64,000 bases of DNA. Origin: an uncultured Acidobacteriota bacterium (lineage in GTDB: Bacteria > Acidobacteriota > Thermoanaerobaculia > Gp7-AA8). Under the pieces are notes generated by a model that did not search any database, was not told where the DNA came from, and saw nothing but the letters and a program-made list of their open reading frames with translations. A program made the translations under genes and the position numbers. How positions within the stretch are numbered: the first letter of the stretch is position 1; each line of letters opens with the position of its first letter. The DNA lies in NCBI GenBank assembly GCA_963741955.1, contig CAVUKB010000005.1, positions 1 to 64,000 on the forward strand, given 5' to 3'. Shown here in pieces: positions 7,398 to 20,638 of the stretch.

Positions 7398-9074
7398 TCA
7401 CTTCACTTTGGACCGCGCTTCGGATCGATCGCGCCGGTCGTGACGGAGAATCACCAGGACCAGGTAGAGGCCGAGGACGCTGGCGCCCGCGAAGCCGAGC
7501 ATGGCCAGAAGCGGGTATCCGAAGATCCGGAGGTTCGAGGGAATGTACATGATGATCGCGGAGCCGAGAATCAGCGCGCCGATGATGGTGCCCGCGGCGA
7601 TGCGGTTCGCGAGGCGGTGAAACGCTTTCAGGATCTCGTCCATCTGAATCAGTTTCATATTGAACGTGAGCTTTCCTGTCGCGAGCTGTTCCACGCTCTG
7701 CTTCGCCCTCCCGGGCAGCTCGGCCGCGAGCTCATTGAGGTCGAGCAGCGACGTGTAGAACTCTCCCGGGTGAAGGCGCGAGCGCAAGAGCTTCATCACC
7801 AGAGACTCGGCGTAGCTGGACATGGTTTGCCGCGCATCGTATTGCGGATCGAGGGTCCGGGCCACGTCGTCGATCTGGAGGAGAGTCTTGGCGAGCATCG
7901 CCAGCTCACTAGGCATCTGCAATGCGTTTCCGTTGGCGATCGAGATGACTCGGAAGAGGAGTCGTCCTGCATTCGGCTGCTGTGAGGGAAGCGGTGCTCC
8001 GATGTAGCGGGTCACGACCGTGGAGATGTCGTGAATGAATTTCTGCCGGTCGAAGTCGTCTCCGACTGTTCCGATCCGGATCAGGGTTTCCGCCACCCGT
8101 TCGCCGCGGACCCGGGCGAGATCGAAGAGGAGACGAACGATCAGATCCTGCATTCCGCGGCCGATCCGCCCCACCATCCCGAAGTCGAGAAGGACGAGTT
8201 TGTCGCCGCTGATGAAGACATTTCCCGGATGCGGGTCGGCATGCCAGAAGCCGTCGGCGCAGACCTGCTTGAGGTACGCGTGAACCAGAGTCGTCGCGAG
8301 ATGCCGGTAGTCGTGCTCGATGGTGTCCAGCGCAGTGAGCGACGAGATCTTCACTCCACGGATCAATTCGCTGGTTAGGACGCCTTCGCTGGTCATCGAC
8401 TCGACGACTGAAGGGATGTAGATGTCCTCGAATTCGGCGAGGTTCCTGTTCAGCGCGATCTGGTTCCTCGCCTCGGCCAGGTAATTCAGCTCGCTCATCA
8501 TCGTCCATCGCGAATCGCGGACGACGGAACCGAGGTTGAGACGCCGGGCGACCTCGCTGCGGCTCTCGAGGAGCGTGGCAATCTGAGAGAAGACATCCAT
8601 GTCCTGGGCGATCGTTTCGCGGACCCCCGGGCGACGGACCTTCACCACCACTTCCCGACCGTCGGCGAGGACCGCGCGATGGACCTGGCCGAGGGAAGCG
8701 GAAGCGAGCGGCTCGGGGTCGATGGAGAGGAATGCGCGGCTGGTCGAGACCTTCAGCTCCCTCTCGATCGTGCTCTTCACTTCATCGAACGGGAACGGGC
8801 CGACGCGATCCTGCAGCTCTTCGAGAGTGGAGAGATACTCGGGAGGAAGGAGATCGGGCCGGGTCGAGAGGAGCTGGCCGAACTTCACGAACGTGGGTCC
8901 GAGCTCGCGGAGCTTCGTGGCGAATTCCTGCGCCCGGTGCATTGTTTCCCCGTCAGGCTCTCGATTCCGGTCCGAGGGTGGACGGTCGTCGATGCGGATG
9001 TTGAAATCGCGCCCGTATTTTCCAAGCAGAACGGCGAGATCCCGGTATCGCCGGAGGTAGTCAGCGGTGCTCAT
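7398..9074 (-). CDS. AarF/ABC1/UbiB family kinase
   Basis: LGPTFVKFGQLLSTRPDL, ASASLGQVHRA, VVVKV, HADPHPGN, LDFGM; C-terminal TMs. Confidence 0.93.
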   Translation of the reverse strand: MSTADYLRRYRDLAVLLGKYGRDFNIRIDDRPPSDRNREPDGETMHRAQEFATKLRELGPTFVKFGQLLSTRPDLLPPEYLSTLEELQDRVGPFPFDEVKSTIERELKVSTSRAFLSIDPEPLASASLGQVHRAVLADGREVVVKVRRPGVRETIAQDMDVFSQIATLLESRSEVARRLNLGSVVRDSRWTMMSELNYLAEARNQIALNRNLAEFEDIYIPSVVESMTSEGVLTSELIRGVKISSLTALDTIEHDYRHLATTLVHAYLKQVCADGFWHADPHPGNVFISGDKLVLLDFGMVGRIGRGMQDLIVRLLFDLARVRGERVAETLIRIGTVGDDFDRQKFIHDISTVVTRYIGAPLPSQQPNAGRLLFRVISIANGNALQMPSELAMLAKTLLQIDDVARTLDPQYDARQTMSSYAESLVMKLLRSRLHPGEFYTSLLDLNELAAELPGRAKQSVEQLATGKLTFNMKLIQMDEILKAFHRLANRIAAGTIIGALILGSAIIMYIPSNLRIFGYPLLAMLGFAGASVLGLYLVLVILRHDRRDRSEARSKVK

Positions 9075-9123
9075 GGCGCACGCAACTGCAAGAGGAACGC
9101 CCGAGTTTGCCGGTCCGGATTCT

Positions 9124-9152
9124 TTGACCGCTCAGGCCCCCTCTGCTACGAT
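9124..9152 (+). promoter_or_regulatory. Sigma70-type promoter of metK
   Basis: TTGACC-N17-TACGAT, with TG extended -10. Confidence 0.7.
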
Positions 9153-9201
9153 GAACCGCCGCACGCGGAGCTTATTTTTCAACTAAAAGGAGCGACTCTG
9201 G

Positions 9202-10377
9202 ATGGCATCCAGCCGCAGACATCTGTTTACCTCCGAATCGGTGACGGAGGGACATCCCGACAAGATCGCCGATCAGATCTCGGATGCGATTCTCGACGCG
9301 GTACTCGCCGAGGATCCGACCGGACGCGTGGCATGCGAGACCCTCGTGACCACCGGCCTTGCGATGATCTCGGGTGAGATCACCACTCAGACGTACGTCG
9401 ACTTTCCCTCGATCGTGCGCAACACGATTCGCGAGATCGGGTATACCCGCGCGAAGTACGGTTTCGACAGCGAGACCTGTGCGGTGATCTCCTCGATCGA
9501 CCCGCAGAGTCCGGACATTGCTCAGGGAGTCGACACCGGTGGCGCCGGCGACCAGGGACTGATGTTCGGCTATGCGTGCCGCGAGACGGAGGAGCTGATG
9601 CCTCTTCCGATCACGCTGGCCCACAAGCTCGTACGGCGCCTTTCCGACGAGCGGCGCTCCGGGAATCTCGATTTCCTTCGTCCGGACGGAAAGTCTCAGG
9701 TCACTGTCGACTACGACGGAAAGAAGCCGCTCCGCGTCGAAGCGGTGGTGGTCTCGACGCAGCATTCACCCTCCATCGGTCATCGGGATCTCCGCGAAGC
9801 GATCATCGAGTCGGTGATCCGTCCGGTGATTCCGGTCGACCTGATCGACGACAACACCAAGTTCCACATCAACCCGACCGGACGCTTCGTCATCGGAGGT
9901 CCGCAGGGTGACACCGGTCTGACCGGCCGGAAGATCATCGTCGACACGTACGGTGGACGCGGCCGTCACGGCGGAGGCGCGTTCTCCGGGAAGGATCCGA
10001 CAAAGGTCGATCGCTCGGCGTGCTACATGGCGCGATACATCGCGAAGAACGTCGTGGCGGCGGGCCTCGCGGATGAAGTCGAGGTGCAGCTCGCGTACGC
10101 GATCGGAGTCGCGGAACCGGTCTCGGTCTACGTCGATTCGTTCGGCTCCGGGAAGGTTCCCGACGAGAAGATCACCGAGCTGATCCGGGCCCACTTCCGG
10201 ATGACGCCGAAGGAGATCATCGAACAGCTCCAGCTGCGCCGGCCGATCTACAAGCCGACCGCTGCATTCGGCCACTTCGGACGCTCCGAAGAGTCGTTCA
10301 CCTGGGAGCGCACGGACAAGGCGGCGGCTCTGGCGAGAGACGCGGAGATCGCTGCTCCGGTCGGCGCTCCGGCGTAA
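9202..10377 (+). CDS. metK: S-adenosylmethionine synthetase
   Basis: [35 protein letters not shown]. Confidence 0.99.
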   Translation: MASSRRHLFTSESVTEGHPDKIADQISDAILDAVLAEDPTGRVACETLVTTGLAMISGEITTQTYVDFPSIVRNTIREIGYTRAKYGFDSETCAVISSIDPQSPDIAQGVDTGGAGDQGLMFGYACRETEELMPLPITLAHKLVRRLSDERRSGNLDFLRPDGKSQVTVDYDGKKPLRVEAVVVSTQHSPSIGHRDLREAIIESVIRPVIPVDLIDDNTKFHINPTGRFVIGGPQGDTGLTGRKIIVDTYGGRGRHGGGAFSGKDPTKVDRSACYMARYIAKNVVAAGLADEVEVQLAYAIGVAEPVSVYVDSFGSGKVPDEKITELIRAHFRMTPKEIIEQLQLRRPIYKPTAAFGHFGRSEESFTWERTDKAAALARDAEIAAPVGAPA

Positions 10378-10400
10378 GGCCCGGAAGCAGGATGGCGTCT

Positions 10401-11343
10401 GTGGGTTGGACGTTCCGCCCTGTCCGGTGCAAGCTACGACGATTCTCCCGAGAGGAGGGACACGAACTTTCCGCGGCGCGAGAGGAACGATTCGTGTGGC
10501 GTTGACGCCATCGCTCCCCGGCAGGATGCCGGGGAGCCTCGCGCGAGACGCGCGACCCACATGTGGGTTGGACGTCCCGTCCGATGCAGGGCGGCGTCCC
10601 GCGCCGCCCTATCCGTCGCAAGTTGCGACGATTCTCCCGAGAGGAGAGACACGAACTCACCGCGGCGCGAGAGGAACGATTTCTGTGGCGTTGACGCCAT
10701 CGCTCCCCGGCAGGATGCCGGGGAGCCTCGCGCGAGACGCGCGACCCACTACAGTGGGTTGGACGTCCCGTCCGATGCAGGGCGGCGTCCCGCGCCGCCC
10801 TGTCCGTCGCAAGTTACGACGATTCTCCCGAGAGGAGGGACACGAAGTTACGGCCCCGCGAGAGAAACGATTTCCGTGGCTTTGACGCCATCGCTCCCCG
10901 GCAGGATGCCGGGGAGCCTCGCGCGAGACGCGCGACCCACATGTGGATGGCGTCTGTGGGTTGGACGTCCCGTCCGATGCAGGCGGCGTCCCGCGCCGCC
11001 CTGTCCGCGGCAAGTTGCGACGATTCTCCCGAGAGGAGGGACACGAAGTTACGGCCCCGCGAGAGAAACGATTTCTGTGGCGTTGACGCCATCGCTCCCC
11101 GGCAGGATGCCGGGGAGCCTCGCGCGAGACGCGCGACCCACATGTGGATGGCGTCTGTGGGTTGGACGTCCCGTCCGATGCAGGGCGGCGTCCCGCGCCG
11201 CCCTGTCCGTCGCAAGTTACGAGGATTCTCCCGAGAGGAGGGACACGAACTTTCCGCGGCGCGAGAGGAACGATTTCCGTGGCGTTGACGCCATCGCTCC
11301 CCGGCAGGATGCCGGGGAGCCTCGCGCGAGACGCGCGACCCAC
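10401..11343 (+). repeat. Array of 5 copies of ~190-bp multi-hairpin REPIN-like unit (locus 1)
   Basis: Units start GTGGGTTGG at 10401, 10563, 10754, 10956, 11157 and end CGCGACCCAC. Confidence 0.95.
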
Positions 11344-11439
11344 TATGCGCGACCCACCATACGCGACCCACCATGCGGGACCCACTATGCGCGACCCACT
11401 ATGCGCGACCCACTATGCGCGACCCACTATGCGCGACCC
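11337..11439 (+). repeat. 14-bp tandem repeat (GACCCACTATGCGC) x~7
   Basis: Directly visible; derived from the end of the long unit. Confidence 0.9.
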
Positions 11440-11464
11440 GGGCTCGCGCTGATCGAATCCTGCG

Positions 11465-13414
11465 TCACTCGAGCCTGAAGAGCATCGCGTGATCCGTGCG
11501 TACCACGGCGACCCCGGGCGGGAATGCGCCCTTCAACACCGCGAGGACTGTCGGAGGAAGGATGGTCGCACGCTCCGCCGCATGCGTTCTCTCCGTGGGG
11601 TCACCGGCGACCACGCCGTCGGGAACGATCATCACGTGCGTGAATCCCGAGCGACGCAGCTTGTCACGAAGAGCGATCGCATCCGGCGCATCGAGTATCT
11701 CCGCCATTCGCGGGCTGTCGAAGTTCCCTCCCCCCCGTACCTGGTGTGAGAACCAGTAAATCTCGTTGAGCCCGATCACCAGTGTTCTCGAGTCGTGAGG
11801 AAGTAGCGCGTCGATCTTCTCGACGTCGCTGAAGAAGCGACGGTGCGTCCGGAGGTACTCGGACTCGGTCTCGACGCCGAAGGCGACGCGGAGCGGATCG
11901 AGAGTGGAGGCGTACCAGATCCCGAGGAGCAACTGGAACCCTCCTGCGACGATCATCATCCAGAGGAGGAGGCGCGCGGAACGCGCGGTCGGGATCCGGA
12001 GGCCGATGGCGGCGCTACCGGCTGCAGCGACGATGGCCAGGGGAGGGAGGAGAATCCGCGACGACGGTTCCAGTGATCCCAACCCGACGGCGAGGAGAGC
12101 CATGGCGCCCGCAGCCACTGCCGCGAAGCGGAGCCGCGAGAGTGCGAGAAGGAGCACCGCGCCCATCGCGGCGATGAGAATCGCCACGCCGATCGATTCG
12201 TCGATCATCCTTCCGTCGAAAATGTAGTTCCGGACCACCTCGGGCCATCCTCCTCCCGCGCGATAGCCGGTCAGCCGCGGCGCGAGCGACGAGAAGAAGG
12301 GAGCGAAGGGGTTTCCTGCCAGAGCGAGATTGCGGATGAAGAAGACGGAGCCGGCGAGAGCACCACAACCGAGAGCCATCCATTCACGGCGCTCGAACCG
12401 CCGTCTCGCGAACGCGGCGCCGAGAAGGAGAAGAGCCAGCGGAATGAATGTGTATTTCGTGAGGAGTCCTGCTGCCAGCGCACCGGCGATGATTCCCGGT
12501 GAGCGTCGTCCCGCGTCCCGTTCGTCGAGAGAGGCGAACAGAATCATGCTCATGCCGACGAGCGGGACGTCTACCCAGAGCCATCCCGCTGTAATCAGAA
12601 GCGCGGGCGTGCCGAGGATGGCAATCGTTCCGGCCAGAGCGGCAGCCCGGCTCTTGCTGGCCCGGTGAATCCAGTTGAAAACGACCAGCGACGTGGCGAT
12701 CGCCAGGAGGAGGGCGAAGAAATGCGCCGCGAGCCCCCCTTCGTCGCGGAGGGCCGCCAGGAGAGGAAGCGTCGCGCTCTCGATTCCCAGTGGAAACCAG
12801 GAGTGGGAGATCAGAGGCAGACCGATCGATCGTCCCTCGAGGATCCAGATTCTGGGTACCGCGAGGTGGTAAGCCAGTTCGTCGAGATCGATCGGAGGGA
12901 GAAGCGACAGCACCCCAGCCAGGAGAAACGCGATCAGCGCGGTCGCGGACGCGAACCACTCCGTCGAGGAAGGACTCCACTCGACCTCACGAGTGAACGA
13001 GTAGGATCGAAGGGCGACGGCACCTCCGGCGAGCGCGACGAAGGTCACCGCCAGCATCGGCATCAGGTTGGCCGAAAGAAGTGCGACGAGGAATGTGAGT
13101 GTGCCGAAGAGAGGCGCGCCGATCAGCAGATCCGTCGCAATGGCTGAGACGCCGCGCGCTTCAGAGCGGATTCCAGCCAGGGAGTCGACCATGGTGCGGA
13201 ATCCCGCGCCGATCCCCTGTGCCGCCATCCCGACCGCCAGCGCGGCAAGGAGCGGAAGCGCTGCGCGCCGGAGGAGGAGAAAGATGATTACGAATTGCGA
13301 AGAGAAGAGCAGCAGAAGCAGTAACGCGATTCCGACGAGGAGTGGAAGGAGCGACCTGCCGGACGCTCCGGTCCGGCCGTCACTCTCTCCCGATCCGGTT
13401 CGAATTTCCGTCAT
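11465..13414 (-). CDS. Multi-TM GT-C-fold glycosyltransferase-like membrane protein
   Basis: Many TMs; D..AYHL..P..W loop; TKYT motif. Confidence 0.7.
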   Translation of the reverse strand: MTEIRTGSGESDGRTGASGRSLLPLLVGIALLLLLLFSSQFVIIFLLLRRAALPLLAALAVGMAAQGIGAGFRTMVDSLAGIRSEARGVSAIATDLLIGAPLFGTLTFLVALLSANLMPMLAVTFVALAGGAVALRSYSFTREVEWSPSSTEWFASATALIAFLLAGVLSLLPPIDLDELAYHLAVPRIWILEGRSIGLPLISHSWFPLGIESATLPLLAALRDEGGLAAHFFALLLAIATSLVVFNWIHRASKSRAAALAGTIAILGTPALLITAGWLWVDVPLVGMSMILFASLDERDAGRRSPGIIAGALAAGLLTKYTFIPLALLLLGAAFARRRFERREWMALGCGALAGSVFFIRNLALAGNPFAPFFSSLAPRLTGYRAGGGWPEVVRNYIFDGRMIDESIGVAILIAAMGAVLLLALSRLRFAAVAAGAMALLAVGLGSLEPSSRILLPPLAIVAAAGSAAIGLRIPTARSARLLLWMMIVAGGFQLLLGIWYASTLDPLRVAFGVETESEYLRTHRRFFSDVEKIDALLPHDSRTLVIGLNEIYWFSHQVRGGGNFDSPRMAEILDAPDAIALRDKLRRSGFTHVMIVPDGVVAGDPTERTHAAERATILPPTVLAVLKGAFPPGVAVVRTDHAMLFRLE

Positions 13415-13435
13415 CGCTCCGTCGGTCGTCCGGCG

Positions 13436-14002
13436 TCAGGACCAGTGAATCTCCCACTCGCAGTCGCCCCCCTCCCGGGCATGGCAACGGGTCTGTTCCA
13501 CCCGCACCGCCTTCGCGCCGGTCAATTCGGCGAGGCGCTCGATCCATCCGGTGGTACGAGCGCATCCGGACGGCTCGGATGGAAAGTCGTGGAGGCGGAG
13601 TCGAGCGAAGCCGTCACGCTTCTCTTCCACCCGGAGATCTCCCCGGTTATAGAGAGTCTTCCACACCGATGCGGATTTGCTGAGCAACGTGAGCGGACTG
13701 GTCACGATCAGAAGGAATCGGTAGATCCGGGTCGCGTCCATCGCCGCTGCCCGGCCGGCCCGGTACGCGAACGTATCGACGCTCTCGTGTTTCGCTGCGG
13801 CAGCGGCCTCGGTGAGCCTGTTCACGAGATCGACCGGGACCACGTCGCTCGCGAGAAGGTGGGATCGGATTCTCTCGGCATATTGAGGGGGAAGGGAGGC
13901 GAGTGCCGCTTCCTTCTCTCCAGGCGACAACTCGCTGTCGACGAATTGGATGAGGCTCTTCACAGGTGACGCTTTCACGGTTATTGCCGGATCGGAGCTC
14001 AT
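13436..14002 (-). CDS. V4R-like domain protein
   Basis: C..TTGW...C...GG.CEW.I.W C-terminus. Confidence 0.65.
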   Translation of the reverse strand: MSSDPAITVKASPVKSLIQFVDSELSPGEKEAALASLPPQYAERIRSHLLASDVVPVDLVNRLTEAAAAAKHESVDTFAYRAGRAAAMDATRIYRFLLIVTSPLTLLSKSASVWKTLYNRGDLRVEEKRDGFARLRLHDFPSEPSGCARTTGWIERLAELTGAKAVRVEQTRCHAREGGDCEWEIHWS

Positions 14003-14090
14003 CGAGTCCTCCCTCGACTGAAATCGGCGGATGAGCTGATTCTGTCATCTTTGCCGGGCTCAATCCAGATGGAAAGGCTCACCTGGGCAT

Positions 14091-16852
<2,762 letters not shown>

Positions 16853-16880
16853 TCAAGCTCACGCAAAGGTCCCTCTCTCG

Positions 16881-17615
16881 TCAGCCGTTCTCGGCAAGCT
16901 CACGCTCGATCCTCGCCACGTCCTCGGGGCGGTCGACACCGAGGTGTGGCGCCGACGTTTCCAATACCCGGATTGTAAAGCGGTTCTGGAGAGCCCGCAA
17001 CTGCTCGAGGCGTTCCGCGTGCTCCAGAGGGGATGGAGGGAGGGACGCAAATCTGCGCAGAGCAGCCCCCTGGTATCCGTAGACCCCGACGTGGCGTCGT
17101 GCGAGTGTTTGCGCTCCTGCCGGGATCGGAGCGCGGGAGAAATAGAGAGCATTCCCTTCGAGATCGGAAACCACCTTCACCACGTCGGGATCGCCAAATT
17201 CGTCTTCGGATCGAAGTGGACAAGAAAGCGTGACGATGTCCGGCCCATCGAGCTGAAGCACCTCGATCATCCGATCGACTTCGTCGATGTCGATGAGCGG
17301 CTCGTCACCCTGCACGTTGATCACCTGATCCGCGACTGTGCCGGTTACCCGCTCGATCTCTTCGAGTGCGGCGGCGATCCGGTCGGTGCCAGTCGGGAGA
17401 TCGGGGGAGGTCATCACCAGTGAAGCCCCGAACTGGCGGACGTGATCGGCGATCCGGGCGTCATCCGTGGCAATCCAGACCGAGCTCGCCAGGCGCGACG
17501 CAGAGGCCCGTTCCCAGACCCTCCGGATCAGGCTCTTTCCGGAGATCATGGTGAGGGGCTTTCCCGGGAAGCGGGTGGATGCATATCGGGATGGAATCAC
17601 GATGACCGCATTCAT
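16881..17615 (-). CDS. kdsB: CMP-KDO synthetase
   Basis: IPSRYASTRFPGKPL, NVQGDEP, ALYFSR, LEQLRAL. Confidence 0.97.
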   Translation of the reverse strand: MNAVIVIPSRYASTRFPGKPLTMISGKSLIRRVWERASASRLASSVWIATDDARIADHVRQFGASLVMTSPDLPTGTDRIAAALEEIERVTGTVADQVINVQGDEPLIDIDEVDRMIEVLQLDGPDIVTLSCPLRSEDEFGDPDVVKVVSDLEGNALYFSRAPIPAGAQTLARRHVGVYGYQGAALRRFASLPPSPLEHAERLEQLRALQNRFTIRVLETSAPHLGVDRPEDVARIERELAENG

Positions 17616-17667
17616 GCAGCGGGATTCTATAATCCCCTTAGCAGTCGCACCTGATAAATTCAACCCG

Positions 17668-18795
17668 ATGACCTCGTCCGAGATCTCCAGGATCAAGCGG
17701 TGGTTCGCCGTGGCAGCGGTGGCGTTCGCCGTGCTGGCGGGCTTCGTGTGGACGTTCCACTGGTTCGACGCGAAGTTCCACCGCATCACCGGCCCCGCGG
17801 AATTCATCTGGGTGCAGCACCGCCTCGCCTCCGGCCAACCGGTGGTCTTCTTCGCCACCCGCGATTTTTCGCTTCCCGATCGGCGGGATTACGTCCACGT
17901 GGAGGTGCTCGGCGACCCCGAGTACACGTTGTGGTTCAACGGAGAGATCGTGGGCGGTAACCGCACCAGCGCATACAAGAAGTACCGGTTCGACGTCTAC
18001 GACGTCACGAGCCGGGCGCATTCGAAACGGAATCGGATCGTCGTCGCGGTGCGGAGTGCGGATGGTGTCGGCGGCCTTCTCGTTTCGGTGGACACCGGTC
18101 CGATGGGAGAGAACCGGGTGGTCACCGACCGGCAATGGCATCTCTACCGCGAGTGGACGGAGGCGCTCCCGCGGCACGATCCAGAATCGATTGCGGCGGA
18201 GGCTCCGGTGGTGATCGGCCGTCCGCCGGTCGGACGATGGAACTTTCCCGAAAGGAAGAGCGCGGAACCGTATCCGCCGGACGAAGCTCTCCTGCCGCCG
18301 TCCCGCGTGATCGAATTCGAGGCCGCACTTCCACGGATCGAGATCGTCAGTGGTGTCGCGGTCGCGGGCGTCGAGAAGGTTCATGCGAGAGCATTCGACT
18401 TCGGCCCGGTGACCGCGCGTGCGCGTCTCCAACTCCCCGCTCCGTTCCGCGAGGCCGCTCCGGCTCCTCCTCACCGGAAGAAGCGGTCGTACGCCTCGAT
18501 CTTCGAGAATGCTCTGAGCCGGCTCTACCGACACCACGTGACCAGGCATCTCGAATTGCCGGGGGCTTCGATGGGAGTGATCCGGATCCGCTACGCGAAT
18601 CACGAGGTCGAGCTCAGGCGGCAGGGAGAGATCGAATCGCTGGTGATCGCAGAAGGGGAACAGACCGTGGTCGACCCGGAACGGCGGTCTTTCCGCTACC
18701 TGATCGTCTACGATTCGGCGGTCAGCGCCTCGGTGCTGGTTCCGCAGGAGACGATCAGAAAAGCACCTTCTGAAGGAAGTAGTCGGGAAGACTGA
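17668..18795 (+). CDS. Membrane-anchored protein with rhamnosidase-N-like jelly-roll domain
   Basis: N-terminal TM; Y.LWFNG..VG...DVYDVT....N.IVVAV pattern. Confidence 0.6.
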   Translation: MTSSEISRIKRWFAVAAVAFAVLAGFVWTFHWFDAKFHRITGPAEFIWVQHRLASGQPVVFFATRDFSLPDRRDYVHVEVLGDPEYTLWFNGEIVGGNRTSAYKKYRFDVYDVTSRAHSKRNRIVVAVRSADGVGGLLVSVDTGPMGENRVVTDRQWHLYREWTEALPRHDPESIAAEAPVVIGRPPVGRWNFPERKSAEPYPPDEALLPPSRVIEFEAALPRIEIVSGVAVAGVEKVHARAFDFGPVTARARLQLPAPFREAAPAPPHRKKRSYASIFENALSRLYRHHVTRHLELPGASMGVIRIRYANHEVELRRQGEIESLVIAEGEQTVVDPERRSFRYLIVYDSAVSASVLVPQETIRKAPSEGSSRED

Positions 18796-19501
18796 TCTTC
18801 TTCACGTCGATGTTCTGGGCGTCCTCTCTGCTCATCTGGAACCGGCCCGCCGCACCGCCGGAAATCGTCGCCATGAACAGCTCCACCATGTCGATCCGTT
18901 GCCCGGTGGCCTCGGGAATCCGGAGCATCATGTAGGAGGTGGCGGAAATGGCCTTGAAGACCTGGTCCTCGTTGTCGGCCGGAATCTCGATCCGAAGCTT
19001 GTAGGGAGCGCTCGCTGTGATCTTCGCGCCGAAGAGCCCCACGTTCTCGAATGCAGAGACGAACTTCGAGGTCACGTCGTTGCCGAGATATCCAGGTCCG
19101 CTTCCCTGGACCGGAGTACTGTTCGAAGAAGCGGGGCCGGCAGTGGATGAGTCGGGGGCTTCGTTCGTGGCGCCGGGAAGTTTCCGGATCCTCGCGATCG
19201 ATCCGAGCCCGACCGGGCGCGACGCCGGAGCCTCCGCCGCCGGAGGAGCTTCCTGCGCGATCACATTCACGTCGCCGAGCCCCAACTGATTCATCGCTTC
19301 GCTCTTCTTCACATCGATGAGTTTGGGATCGAGCTGCAGGACGCTTCCGTCTTCGAGCTTGACCAGCGCCTTTCCTCCCGAGAGCGTCCACTTCTGCGTG
19401 GCCCGGTAACGGGTTCCGTCCTTGAGAATCACGATATAGGACGCAAAGCTGGTCGCAGCAGTCATCACTGCCAGAAGGAGAAACATGGCGATTTTTTTCA
19501 T
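18755..19501 (-). CDS. Secreted hypothetical protein
   Basis: MKK signal peptide; IVILKDG N-terminal motif. Confidence 0.75.
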   Translation of the reverse strand: MKKIAMFLLLAVMTAATSFASYIVILKDGTRYRATQKWTLSGGKALVKLEDGSVLQLDPKLIDVKKSEAMNQLGLGDVNVIAQEAPPAAEAPASRPVGLGSIARIRKLPGATNEAPDSSTAGPASSNSTPVQGSGPGYLGNDVTSKFVSAFENVGLFGAKITASAPYKLRIEIPADNEDQVFKAISATSYMMLRIPEATGQRIDMVELFMATISGGAAGRFQMSREDAQNIDVKKISLPDYFLQKVLF

Positions 19502-19599
19502 GGCGAGATCCTGATCCGGTCGATGTTCGATCGCTCCATTATACTGTTGCGCCACAACAGGGGAGGCAGCCACCCCATTTCCGCCTGAAAGGTGATCCG

Positions 19600-20634
19600 A
19601 TGCTGGTCGTCATGGATGTCAATGCCGGTGATGCGGAAGTTGCGACCGTCATCGAGCACATCGAACAGATGGGGCTGAAGGCCCATCCGATTCCGGGCGC
19701 GCAGCGTCTGGCGATCGGGATCACCGGAAACCGCGGAGCGGTGAATCCCCGCACGCTGGAGAACCTCCCCGGAGTGAAGGAAGTGATTCCGGTCTCGCAG
19801 GCGTACAAGCTCGTGAGCCGCGAGATGCACAGCGACGACACCGTGGTCCGCATCGGCGACGTCGAGGTGGGTGGCGAGGGGCTGGCGGTGATCGCCGGAC
19901 CGTGCGCCGTGGAGTCTCTGGATCAGACGCGGGCCATCGCGGAGGGGGTGCGGAACAGCGGCGCGCAGCTGCTTCGCGGTGGGGCTTTCAAGCCTCGCAC
20001 CTCCCCCTATTCTTTCCAGGGTCTCGGGGAGCCGGGGCTGGAGATCCTCGCCCGAGTCCGGGAGGAGTTCGATCTCCCCGTAGTCACCGAAGCGGTCGAT
20101 CTCGAATCACTTCGACTGGTCGTCCAGTACGCTGATGCAATCCAGATCGGATCGCGCAACATGCAGAATTTCTCGCTCCTGAAAGCTGCAGGGAAGGCGC
20201 GCAAACCGGTGGTCCTCAAGCGTGGGATGGCGGCAACGCTGGAAGAATTCTTGCTCTCGGCGGAGTACGTGATGGCCGAGGGGAATTACGACGTCGTACT
20301 CTGCGAACGAGGCGTGAGGACTTTCAGCGATTTCACCCGGAACACTCTCGACCTCGCGGTCATCCCCGCGATCGAGAGAATCAGCCATCTCCCCATCCTG
20401 GTGGATCCGAGCCACGGAACCGGGAAGCGGGCCAAGGTCCTGCCGATGTCGCGCGCCGGAGTGGCTGCGGGAGCAGACGGAGTGATGGTCGAAGTGCACC
20501 ACAAGCCGGAGGAAGCATTGTCGGACGGCCCGCAGGCGATACTGCCCGAGGAGCTTACCGCGCTCGTGCGGGAGATCGGAGCGATCGGCGCCGTCCTCGG
20601 AAGGTCGCTCAAACCCGCCGTGGCTGGCAAGTGA
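19600..20634 (+). CDS. aroF: DAHP synthase type I-beta with N-terminal regulatory domain
   Basis: [33 protein letters not shown]. Confidence 0.95.
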   Translation: MLVVMDVNAGDAEVATVIEHIEQMGLKAHPIPGAQRLAIGITGNRGAVNPRTLENLPGVKEVIPVSQAYKLVSREMHSDDTVVRIGDVEVGGEGLAVIAGPCAVESLDQTRAIAEGVRNSGAQLLRGGAFKPRTSPYSFQGLGEPGLEILARVREEFDLPVVTEAVDLESLRLVVQYADAIQIGSRNMQNFSLLKAAGKARKPVVLKRGMAATLEEFLLSAEYVMAEGNYDVVLCERGVRTFSDFTRNTLDLAVIPAIERISHLPILVDPSHGTGKRAKVLPMSRAGVAAGADGVMVEVHHKPEEALSDGPQAILPEELTALVREIGAIGAVLGRSLKPAVAGK

Positions 20635-20638
20635 ACTG

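Noticed and set aside
9159-9201. SAM riboswitch upstream of metK
   Set aside because: Leader is only about 43 nt; faint AACTAAAAGGAG resemblance to SAM-II/V/SMK 3' ends, but the required stems are not evident.
10406-11478. Long ORFs over the repeat arrays (also 43701-45493 and 52513-53895)
   Set aside because: Open in many frames on both strands owing to GC-rich repeats; unit lengths shift frame; no RBS or domain signal.
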